From the NCBI RefSeq assembly GCF_003987725.1, contig NZ_RXJH01000005.1: a stretch of 64,000 bases of DNA, one strand, 5' to 3'. Below the pieces are notes generated by a model, which saw only the letters and a list, made by a program, of their open reading frames with translations, made no database searches and was not told the origin of the DNA. Positions 34,732-42,799 of the stretch are shown here, piece after piece (the stretch's first letter is position 1; each line of letters opens with the position of its first letter). The DNA is from Hyphomicrobium sp. (lineage in GTDB: Bacteria; Pseudomonadota; Alphaproteobacteria; Rhizobiales; Hyphomicrobiaceae). A program made the position numbers and the translations under genes.

Positions 34732-37698
34732 ATGAAATCACCGACGAAAAAGCCGGCTGCCCGCCCCGGTTCCGAATTGATGAAGACGATCCACGTACGC
34801 GGGGCGCGTGAACACAATTTGAAAAACGTCGATCTCGAAATCCCGCGCGACGCGCTCGTCGTGTTCACGGGCCTGTCGGGATCGGGAAAATCGTCCCTCG
34901 CCTTCGATACGATCTATGCCGAGGGCCAGCGCCGCTACGTCGAAAGTCTGTCCGCCTACGCGCGCCAGTTCCTCGAGATGATGCAGAAGCCGGACGTCGA
35001 TCATATCGACGGCCTGTCGCCCGCCATCTCCATCGAGCAAAAAACCACCTCGAAAAATCCCCGCTCCACCGTCGGCACGGTGACGGAGATCTACGACTAT
35101 CTCCGTCTGCTGTTCGCCCGCGTCGGCGTCCCCTATTCGCCCGCGACCGGCCTCCCCATCGAGAGCCAGACCGTCGCGCAGATGGTCGACCGCGTGCTGG
35201 CGCTGCCCGAGGGCACCCGCCTTCTGATCCTCGCGCCCGTCGTGCGCGGCCGCAAAGGCGAATACCGCAAGGAAATCGCCGAGTGGCAGAAGAAGGGCTA
35301 CCAGCGCCTCAAGATCAACGGCACCGTCTACGACATCGGCGACGCCCCGAAACTCGACAAGAAATTCAAGCACGACATCGACGTCGTCGTCGATCGCATC
35401 GTCGTCAAGAAAGACCTCGGCACGCGCCTCGCGGATTCCTTCGAGCAGTCGCTGAAGCTCGCCGACGGCCTCGCCATCGCCGAATACGTCGACAAGCCGC
35501 TGTCGAAAGCCGAGACCGAAGGCGCGAACAAGTCGAAGAACGATACGCACGAACGCATCCTCTTCTCGTCCCGCTTCGCCTGCCCCGTCTCCGGCTTTAC
35601 GATCGACGAGATCGAGCCGCGGCTTTTTTCGTTCAACGCCCCCGCCGGCGCCTGCCCCGTCTGCGACGGCCTCGGCTCCGAGCTTCGCTTCGAACCGGAC
35701 CTCGTCGTGCCAGATGGCGCGCTCTCCCTCGAAAAGGGCGCGATCTATCCGTGGGCGAAAACCGGCGTCTCGTCTCCCTATTACGAACAGACGCTCGAAA
35801 GCCTCGCCAAGCACTACAAGGTTTCGATGAAGACGCCGTGGGAGCGCCTGCCGAAGCACGTGCAGCTGGCGATCCTCTTCGGCTCGGATGACGAAGACAT
35901 CACCTTCACCTACTGGGACGGCAACCGCAATTATTCGACCGAGAAACCGTTCGAAGGCGTCATCGGCAACATCGCCCGCCGCTTCAAGGAAACCGATAGC
36001 GACTGGGTCCGCGAAGAACTCTCCCGCTATCAGGCGGCACACCCCTGCGAAGGCTGCGGCGGCTACCGCCTGAAGCCGCAAGCGCTCGCGGTGAAAGTCG
36101 GCGGCAAGCACATCGGCGAGGTCTGCGATCTCTCGATCAAGGCCGCCAACGAGTGGTTCAGCGAAATCCCGAAGACGTTCACCAAGCAGCAATCCGAAAT
36201 CGCGACGCGCATCCTCAAGGAAATCCGCGACCGCCTGAAATTCCTGAACGACGTCGGCCTCACCTACCTCACGATGTCGCGCGCGTCCGGCACGCTGTCG
36301 GGCGGCGAAAGCCAGCGCATACGCCTCGCCTCGCAGATCGGCTCCGGCCTGACGGGCGTGCTCTACGTCCTTGACGAACCGTCCATCGGCCTCCACCAGC
36401 GCGACAACGACCGCCTGCTCGACACGCTGAAGCACCTGCGCGACATCGGTAATACCGTCATCGTCGTCGAGCACGATGAGGACGCGATCATGCACGCCGA
36501 CCACGTCGTCGACGTCGGCCCCGGCGCCGGCATCCACGGCGGCCGCGTCGTCGCGCAAGGCACGCCGCAGGACATCATGGACAATCCGGCGAGCCTCACC
36601 GGCGAATACCTGTCGGGCGTCCGCTACGTGCCGATCCCGAAAACCCGCCGCGCCCCCGACAAATCGAAAATGCTCACCGTCACCGGCGCGCGCGAGAACA
36701 ACCTGAAGAACGTCTCGGCCTCGATCCCCGTCGGCCTCTTCACCTGCATCACCGGCGTCTCGGGCGGCGGAAAATCGACGCTGCTCATCGACACGCTCTT
36801 CAAGGCCGTCGCGCGGAAGCTCAACAACGCCAAGGAGCACCCGGGCGAGCACGACAAGATCACCGGCATCGAGCACTTCGACAAGATCATCGACATCGAC
36901 CAGAGCCCGATCGGACGCACGCCGCGCTCGAACCCGGCGACCTACACCGGCGCCTTCACGCCCATCCGCGAATGGTTCGCAGGCCTCCCCGAAGCGAAAA
37001 CGCGCGGCTACGAGCCGGGCCGCTTCTCCTTCAACGTGAAAGGCGGACGCTGCGAAGTCTGCCAGGGCGACGGCGTCATCAAGATCGAGATGCACTTCCT
37101 GCCCGACGTCTACGTCACCTGCGAGGAATGCAAGGGCAAGCGCTACAATCGCGAGACGCTCGCCGTCACCTTCAAGGAGAAGTCCATCGCCGACGTGCTC
37201 GACATGACCGTCGAGGAAGGCGCCGAGTTCTTCAAGGCCGTGCCGTCGATACGCGACAAGCTCGAAACGCTCGCGCGCGTCGGCCTCGGCTACATCCACA
37301 TCGGCCAGCAGGCGACGACGCTATCAGGCGGCGAGGCGCAGCGCATCAAGCTCTCGAAGGAATTGAGCCGTCGCGCCACGGGACGCACGCTCTACATCCT
37401 CGACGAGCCGACGACCGGCCTCCACTTCCACGACGTCGCGAAACTCCTGGAGGTGCTGCACGAGCTCGCCGACGCGGGCAACACCGTCGTCGTCATCGAG
37501 CACAACCTCGAAGTCATCAAGACGGCCGACTGGGTCATCGACCTCGGCCCCGAAGGCGGCGACGGCGGCGGCACCATCGTGGCGGCCGGAACGCCCGAAG
37601 ACGTCGCCAAGACCAAGGAAAGCTATACCGGGCAGTATCTGAAGCCGGTCCTCGCCCGCAAACCCAAGCCCGCGAACAAGAAGCAGGCTGCGGAATAA
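34732..37698 (+). CDS. uvrA: Excinuclease ABC subunit A
   Basis: [10 protein letters not shown], two Walker A motifs, LSGGE signatures, Zn fingers. Confidence 0.98.
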   Translation: MKSPTKKPAARPGSELMKTIHVRGAREHNLKNVDLEIPRDALVVFTGLSGSGKSSLAFDTIYAEGQRRYVESLSAYARQFLEMMQKPDVDHIDGLSPAISIEQKTTSKNPRSTVGTVTEIYDYLRLLFARVGVPYSPATGLPIESQTVAQMVDRVLALPEGTRLLILAPVVRGRKGEYRKEIAEWQKKGYQRLKINGTVYDIGDAPKLDKKFKHDIDVVVDRIVVKKDLGTRLADSFEQSLKLADGLAIAEYVDKPLSKAETEGANKSKNDTHERILFSSRFACPVSGFTIDEIEPRLFSFNAPAGACPVCDGLGSELRFEPDLVVPDGALSLEKGAIYPWAKTGVSSPYYEQTLESLAKHYKVSMKTPWERLPKHVQLAILFGSDDEDITFTYWDGNRNYSTEKPFEGVIGNIARRFKETDSDWVREELSRYQAAHPCEGCGGYRLKPQALAVKVGGKHIGEVCDLSIKAANEWFSEIPKTFTKQQSEIATRILKEIRDRLKFLNDVGLTYLTMSRASGTLSGGESQRIRLASQIGSGLTGVLYVLDEPSIGLHQRDNDRLLDTLKHLRDIGNTVIVVEHDEDAIMHADHVVDVGPGAGIHGGRVVAQGTPQDIMDNPASLTGEYLSGVRYVPIPKTRRAPDKSKMLTVTGARENNLKNVSASIPVGLFTCITGVSGGGKSTLLIDTLFKAVARKLNNAKEHPGEHDKITGIEHFDKIIDIDQSPIGRTPRSNPATYTGAFTPIREWFAGLPEAKTRGYEPGRFSFNVKGGRCEVCQGDGVIKIEMHFLPDVYVTCEECKGKRYNRETLAVTFKEKSIADVLDMTVEEGAEFFKAVPSIRDKLETLARVGLGYIHIGQQATTLSGGEAQRIKLSKELSRRATGRTLYILDEPTTGLHFHDVAKLLEVLHELADAGNTVVVIEHNLEVIKTADWVIDLGPEGGDGGGTIVAAGTPEDVAKTKESYTGQYLKPVLARKPKPANKKQAAE

Positions 37699-37703
37699 AA
37701 AAT

Positions 37704-37895
37704 ATGGGGCGGCGATCCGGAGTTCCGCATCGACGAGACGAATTGGAAAGCCTTTCGCCGCGTCAGTTGGATGACGAAATCGCTCGATTGAAATCGCGCC
37801 TGCGATTCCTCAACGGTGAAGGCAAAGAATCCGCGTTGCGACGGCTCGCGGCGGTCCAGAAAATCCGCGAGCAAAAGGCGCAGGCGGCCGAATAA
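37704..37895 (+). CDS. Small hypothetical protein
   Basis: 63-aa helical ORF starting 5 nt after the uvrA stop. Confidence 0.45.
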   Translation: MGRRSGVPHRRDELESLSPRQLDDEIARLKSRLRFLNGEGKESALRRLAAVQKIREQKAQAAE

Positions 37896-37945
37896 CTTAC
37901 CCTCCCCCTCGCGGGGAGGGTGGCACGCAGCGCCGGGTGGGGGGA
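37896..37945. repeat. REP-like palindrome (partial)
   Basis: AACTTACCCTCCCCCTCGCGGGGAGGGTGGC, nearly identical to the start of 38522-38677. Confidence 0.7.
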
Positions 37946-37973
37946 CGCGTGTCCCCTGCGCCAACCGAGGCTC

Positions 37974-38177
37974 TCAATTAAACGCCTGACCGGGCGGAAA
38001 TCCCATCCGCTTGAACACCATCGCCGCCGGGCAGAACCCCGTGAAGGCCGACTGCACCAGGTTGGCGCCCACGAACAACGTGAGCAGCAGCCAATACGGC
38101 GACACGAAATACGCGAGCGCCAGCGAGAGCAGCACCATCGCGCCAGCAAAAGCAAACACCGCCTTGTCGATTGTCAT
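37974..38177 (-). CDS. DUF2892 (YgaP-like) membrane protein
   Basis: FVGANLVQSAFTGFCPA motif. Confidence 0.85.
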   Translation of the reverse strand: MTIDKAVFAFAGAMVLLSLALAYFVSPYWLLLTLFVGANLVQSAFTGFCPAAMVFKRMGFPPGQAFN

Positions 38178-38234
38178 CGGAAACCTCCCTGAGCGACATG
38201 CCTGTAGGTAAGTGACGAAGCGAAGGGCTGACGA

Positions 38235-38423
38235 TTAGGCGAGCTTGTTCCGGATGGCGATCGCGACGGCGCTGGATATGAGCCAGAACCCTCCGCCGAT
38301 ACCCAGCACGCCGTACTCCTCCGGCGTACCGCCGCCGAAGAGCTTCAGCAGAGCCATCGCAAAACCGACCAGCCCGCCTAGGAAAAGGAGCAAGATTATC
38401 GCTTCCAGCAAGGACTTATGCAT
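38235..38423 (-). CDS. Small two-TM hypothetical protein
   Basis: Two hydrophobic helices. Confidence 0.5.
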   Translation of the reverse strand: MHKSLLEAIILLLFLGGLVGFAMALLKLFGGGTPEEYGVLGIGGGFWLISSAVAIAIRNKLA

Positions 38424-38521
38424 GAGAATTCCCCGTTTTTATTATTGTCCACGGGGATCACATTAATTGATCCGCATGAGGAGCGATACGGGCGGGATGG
38501 AGTGATCCGCTGCCGCCGAGC

Positions 38522-38677
38522 AACTTACCCTCCCCCTTGCGGGGAGGGTGGCGCAAAGCGCGGCTTCCGGCCGGCTACGCGGAGCGGAGTCGGAAGCCGC
38601 AATCAAAAAGCGCCGGGTGGGGGCAGACCGAGAGAATTCCCCTCCCCCTTGCGGGGAGGGGTTAGGGGTGGGGGTCC
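38522..38677. repeat. REP-like multi-hairpin palindrome
   Basis: Two ccctccccct(t)gcggggaggg hairpins flanking a gcggcttccg/cggaagccgc-type stem. Confidence 0.75.
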
Positions 38678-38689
38678 GCAAACAAAACT

Positions 38690-39106
38690 CTAGAAAAATC
38701 GTTCGAGAAACGCCGCAACCTCATCCGAGATGCCGACGATCTTGTTCGTTGCCTGCCGGTAGAACTTGAAATTGAGCTCAGTCTCGGGCCGACCGTCGTC
38801 CCAATCGCTGAAACCCTTGAGCGTACTCCGACCCAACGGCCGCTTCGCCAGCGCCGTACGGCGGATCGTGACGCTCACGCGCGGAGTCTGCCGCTCGATA
38901 CCGGGCTTCCTGGGAGTAGCCTCAGCCGACGTAACAACGCCGCGCGCGACGAGGCCCTGGCCGCCCTCGTTCTCGCTCGCGAACACGAAAATCGTGTCGC
39001 CTTCCGAGATGAGCTTCCCGCCGTACATCGTCTTCTGCGCAGTGAACACGAACGTCCCGGCGCGGGGATCGCCAACTTCAGCCTTGATCGCGAACGCCAT
39101 GGTCAC
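38690..39106 (-). CDS. Conserved-looking hypothetical protein (possible PUA/EVE-like beta-barrel)
   Basis: GDTIFVFASE...GLVARGVV pattern; fold guess is inference; GGAG RBS. Confidence 0.65.
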   Translation of the reverse strand: MTMAFAIKAEVGDPRAGTFVFTAQKTMYGGKLISEGDTIFVFASENEGGQGLVARGVVTSAEATPRKPGIERQTPRVSVTIRRTALAKRPLGRSTLKGFSDWDDGRPETELNFKFYRQATNKIVGISDEVAAFLERFF

Positions 39107-39119
39107 TCCGCTCCTAGAT

Positions 39120-39203
39120 CAAGGAAGCTGCACGGGACAGTATTTGAAGCCGGTGCTGGCGCGAAAGCCGAAGCCCGCCAACAAGAAGCAGGCGGCGGAG
39201 TGA
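39120..39203 (+). pseudogene. uvrA: Displaced duplicate of the uvrA 3' end
   Basis: 39132-39203 encodes [23 protein letters not shown], identical in protein to uvrA 37627-37698. Confidence 0.92.
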
Positions 39204-39246
39204 CGGAGGCGCACCCCCGCCGCTGGCATCGACTTCCTGTTCAAAT

Positions 39247-40263
39247 TCAAAGGAACTTGAGAGACTCTTGAGAGAGACCCTTCCTTACAATTAGCGTGGG
39301 AAGATCTGCGTCGTCCGCCAGCTTTGCTGCTTTAAGGACGACCTTGCCTTGCTTAAGGGCGTCTCCGATTGACTGGCCACTAGCTAGTGCAGCGTAAAAG
39401 CGAGTCGAGAACAATGTTGCGGCACTGTCGGTGATTGAATCCGACATCGCAACGACTGCCCGTACTGTCTTCAAAAAAACATCCGCGCCCACCACTGTAT
39501 CGCACGCATTGAAGACCAATAGGTCCGGTGGGGAATGCGTAGCATCGATGGTCTCTTGCACCACCCCGAAGTCAAGCTCCACTCCCCCGTCTTCATCCAC
39601 ATCTCGATTATCGAATAATACCGCAGAGTCCCCACCATGCCCCGAAAAATGTATGACATTGGGCTTAAATTCATTGAGCGCGTCGAGCAAATCCTCTAAT
39701 CGCGCTGCGGGCAAATGTCGGACTTCGACATAATCGCGATTAGGCGACTTCTTTAACTCTTTGAGCACGTCACGCATTTCCATATCTGTACGCAGCGCAG
39801 CATCGCGAACCGGATTTGTAGTTAGGAACGCTATCCGAAGTTTCGCAGAACTCTTACCTTCTCTACTGGGTTTGGATTTTTGTGGATGGGGCATGCGAGG
39901 CCGGACAAATGAGAGACCTCCTGCGGCAGAAACTACGGGCGGAGAGGATGACGTAAATTTCTCCATCTTGCTAGGATCAGCGACGAATCGAACGATTTTG
40001 TCCTTATTATGCTGATAAAACTCAATTTGCTTGTACGCGGTAACGCCATCCTTCTTTTCCTGGTCGAATAAGCCAGCCTTTTTTAACGCCACGCCATTCT
40101 TCAAAACTTGCTCTCGAGTAAGCCCTACAGAGACGGCTATCTCGTCGACGGATTTAATGCGCGATTTGTGGTAATAAACCTCCTTGAAGATCGCCAACTT
40201 CAGCTCGGAACGACCGATAAATTCAACGGCTTCAATTATTTTCTTGTCTAATGCCACTATCAT
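39247..40263 (-). CDS. wHTH-CHAT (caspase-like protease) protein
   Basis: C-terminal CHAT with the IHFSGHG (His) and LVFNAC (Cys) dyad; N-terminal SVDEIAVSVGLTREQV..NGVALKKAGL winged-HTH pattern. Confidence 0.88.
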   Translation of the reverse strand: MIVALDKKIIEAVEFIGRSELKLAIFKEVYYHKSRIKSVDEIAVSVGLTREQVLKNGVALKKAGLFDQEKKDGVTAYKQIEFYQHNKDKIVRFVADPSKMEKFTSSSPPVVSAAGGLSFVRPRMPHPQKSKPSREGKSSAKLRIAFLTTNPVRDAALRTDMEMRDVLKELKKSPNRDYVEVRHLPAARLEDLLDALNEFKPNVIHFSGHGGDSAVLFDNRDVDEDGGVELDFGVVQETIDATHSPPDLLVFNACDTVVGADVFLKTVRAVVAMSDSITDSAATLFSTRFYAALASGQSIGDALKQGKVVLKAAKLADDADLPTLIVRKGLSQESLKFL

Positions 40264-40460
40264 TTTTCCTTGAGCGCGGCCTTCGAAAACATTTTACTTA
40301 TTTGGCTTTGGGAGGTGCCCAACGCGACGGCAATGTCGTTTTGCGTGTGCTCTTCCTTATTCTTGTTGAGGAGAGCGTAGACGAGCAGCTTCTTTATCGC
40401 TTGCAGCTCCTCTAGCAACGCATTCTCGTTTGATTGAGCCACGATAGCGACCTTTCTCAA
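40260..40460 (-). CDS. Small HTH protein 5
   Basis: LLEELQAIKKLL + TQNDIAVALGTSQSQISKMF; TTG start overlaps the upstream stop. Confidence 0.8.
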   Translation of the reverse strand: MRKVAIVAQSNENALLEELQAIKKLLVYALLNKNKEEHTQNDIAVALGTSQSQISKMFSKAALKEK

Positions 40461-40654
40461 TCCGCAGAAATCGAGCCGTGATTGACTTCTTTCGCGATCC
40501 CCTTCGGCAACATCCTGCTTAAGGTGGCCTCACTTACTCCGAGAGTCGCGGCAACCTGCTTTTGCTTATAACCGGAAGCCAAAGCCTGCAATATTAGCAG
40601 TTTCTTTATTGCGCTTAATTCCTCAAGAAGCGCTTCATCGGGCGAATGCGCCAT
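40457..40654 (-). CDS. Small HTH protein 4
   Basis: LLEELSAIKKLL + KQKQVAATLGVSEATLSRMLP. Confidence 0.85.
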   Translation of the reverse strand: MAHSPDEALLEELSAIKKLLILQALASGYKQKQVAATLGVSEATLSRMLPKGIAKEVNHGSISAD

Positions 40655-40655
40655 C

Positions 40656-40823
40656 TTACGTTTCCCTCTGTTTGAATTTTAGACCTTTGGGGAACATCCG
40701 GCTGACTTGGCTTCGATCAATACCAAGAGCCGAACCTATCTGCTCTTGAGTTGCCCCCTGCCAGAGGAGAGTGAACACCATCAACTTCTTAATCGCCTCA
40801 AGTTCCTCGGCAATTTTTTCCAT
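40656..40823 (-). CDS. Small HTH protein 3
   Basis: IAEELEAIKKLM + TQEQIGSALGIDRSQVSRMFP; GAGG RBS. Confidence 0.85.
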   Translation of the reverse strand: MEKIAEELEAIKKLMVFTLLWQGATQEQIGSALGIDRSQVSRMFPKGLKFKQRET

Positions 40824-40833
40824 TTGAACCTCA

Positions 40834-41058
40834 TCAGTTTTTCTTCTCTCGTTTAGCTGCCGACAGCGCAACGCTGACGGTATTTGGCGTAGAATCGCAA
40901 AGCGCTGCAATTTCCTTCGGCGCTAAACCAGCACGACTTAGGATGATCGCCTTTTCTTTCAGACTTGGGACGTTTGCGACCAGAGAAAGAGCTGTAAGCC
41001 GTATCAATACATCCAGTTTTGATTCGACCCGACTCATGACGTCATTTTCTTCGTTCAT
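40834..41058 (-). CDS. Small HTH protein 2 (sigma-region-4/LuxR-like HTH)
   Basis: KLDVLIRL + AGLAPKEIAALCDSTPNTVSVALS. Confidence 0.8.
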   Translation of the reverse strand: MNEENDVMSRVESKLDVLIRLTALSLVANVPSLKEKAIILSRAGLAPKEIAALCDSTPNTVSVALSAAKREKKN

Positions 41059-41357
41059 TTCATTCGCTCCTTGGTCAGCGGGTAGATATGCAGGGGCTTG
41101 CTCTCGTTCTTATCCCCCAGCTTGACAACGATGCCTGCTTCGACCCAGCGGGCCACCGTCTTGCTGAAATTGCTGGGATCAAGCTTCAATTCTTTGGCAA
41201 TTTCGCCCTGCAGTCTCGTCCCGTCACACAAGTTGTATGCGGCAATCTGCGTTTCACCAGGACTTTTCGGAGCCACAATTTGCAGAACCTTATCTTCAGA
41301 GAATGCTTGCCTCGCAGTCATGCTCAAGATCGCCCGCAACAAAGTTTCTTCGTACAT
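41055..41357 (-). CDS. Winged-HTH protein 1 (MarR-like)
   Basis: QGEIAKELKLDPSNFSKTVARWVEAGIV; GGAGG RBS. Confidence 0.85.
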   Translation of the reverse strand: MYEETLLRAILSMTARQAFSEDKVLQIVAPKSPGETQIAAYNLCDGTRLQGEIAKELKLDPSNFSKTVARWVEAGIVVKLGDKNESKPLHIYPLTKERMK

Positions 41358-41423
41358 CTTCCCTCCTATGACCCTACGGATAAGACCTATCAACAACGCT
41401 GATGACGATGAGAAATCGCGTAA

Positions 41424-41446
41424 TAAATTGAAGTTACTTAATTTTA
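41424..41446. promoter_or_regulatory. Imperfect AT-rich palindrome, candidate operator of the HTH-CHAT operon
   Basis: TAAATTGAAGT-T-ACTTAATTTTA; 9 of 11 positions pair. Confidence 0.4.
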
Positions 41447-41598
41447 TAGGATTTCACGCTTTGCCAGAACTTACTGGCCTTAGCTCTAGGGTGGGACCCG
41501 CGACTTTCAATTTATCCGCCCCAACGCGGCACATGGGGCGTCGGCTGATAGTTTCAAGTGGATTTTCTGGATTTTTTCTCAGTTTTCACGGATGCTCT

Positions 41599-41780
41599 AA
41601 AAAATCTTATCCCCGCCCTCTCCACTTCCCCCATAATCCCCTCACCCATCCGGCAAGGGCATCGCGCGAGAAGTCTCGATGGCGCTTCAGATGCCCACGC
41701 GCATCCGCGCTTAGACTGCGCTTCAGATGCCCACGCGCATCCGCGCTTACGCGCCGCTCGGATGGGGCAGCCTCACCCGC
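41599..41780 (+). repeat. Structured repeat R1 (5' part only, with an internal 32-nt tandem duplication)
   Basis: Shares AAAAATCTTATCCCCGCC...CATAATCCCCTCACCCATCCGGCAAGGGCATC and CGGATGGGGCAGCCTCACCCGC with R2/R3. Confidence 0.85.
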
Positions 41781-41957
41781 GAGCCTTTACGTGCCTGCGT
41801 CTGACCCAAATCGGACACGCATCGATGGCCATGCGGTGCGGGGTGCGCCTCATAAATCGCACTGCGGAAAATATCTGTGCCGGCAACGGTCCTTTACTTG
41901 GCAACCGCGAAGCACTCGACTAGCGTTCGCGCAGATTTGTCCGCACGGGGGGTTGCA

Positions 41958-42254
41958 ATGCAGGTTTTCAAGTTGGGCTTCGTGGCCGCGGTTATGGTGT
42001 CCGGACTTTCGGCGATGGCTCAGGCAGCCGAATGTACGAGGGTCGGAGCCATTGGCGATAACGTCACCCACGATTTGGCAGTTCTGTTCTCCACAAACGC
42101 ACTTAAGAATACGATCGCCGGGCGAGGACTTATAGGGAAGGGGCCCGTGAAAACCACCTGCACCGGCTCGGGGATGATTGAGTGTCACTCCTCGCAGATG
42201 GCCTGCAAGGGCGGGACGCCCGCAAGCTGCTTAGGCGCCTGGCTTTGCTTCTGA
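41958..42254 (+). CDS. Small secreted Cys-rich protein
   Basis: Signal peptide ending AQA; six Cys in the mature region. Confidence 0.7.
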   Translation: MQVFKLGFVAAVMVSGLSAMAQAAECTRVGAIGDNVTHDLAVLFSTNALKNTIAGRGLIGKGPVKTTCTGSGMIECHSSQMACKGGTPASCLGAWLCF

Positions 42255-42360
42255 ACGCGGAGCTAGACGTGGACTCGTGATGCTTTGGGCTACTTTTGGC
42301 CCGAAGCAGACCGCTTACCCCCGCGCTCTCTATTTGCACTTGGCGCCTTCTACGTCCCGC

Positions 42361-42770
42361 AAAAAAAACTTATCCCCGCCCCCATCGCTTCCCCCATAAT
42401 CCCCTCACCCATCCGGCAAGGGCATCGTGCGAGGCGTCGCGCGGCGCTCGGATGGGGCAGCCTCACCCGCTCGCGGAACGCGCGCGATGCGGTCAAGGCG
42501 GAAAGCAGGTCCGCACGGCATGAGAGAAACCGTGTGCGGAATATCCCGCTTCATTAAGTGACCTGCCGGAAACCTGATCTCTGGCTGTCACGGAGCGGAC
42601 CGGTTCCGAGACTTGAATTGCGAAGACCCAACGCCGCGGAACCCGTCCGCTTCGTGCTTTATTGCTTGCACACGGCGACTCCCCTCCAGGGAGCCGGCCG
42701 CCGTGTGCATTTGCTGTTTCGCCGGCCGCCAGCACATGCCTGCCGCGTCGTTCTTCGTTCAGTTCCGCGA
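42361..42770 (+). repeat. Structured repeat R2 (410 nt; candidate ncRNA or non-autonomous element)
   Basis: Near-identical to 45461-45841; multiple hairpins. Confidence 0.9.
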
Positions 42771-42799
42771 ACCTATCGCCGGGCGCAGACTGGTCCTTT

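Noticed and set aside
37872-37895. Small ORF ends in QAAE* like uvrA, possibly a third uvrA-end scar
   Set aside because: Similarity covers only about 25-30 nt and needs gaps, and QAAE-type C-termini are common in Rhizobiales proteins.
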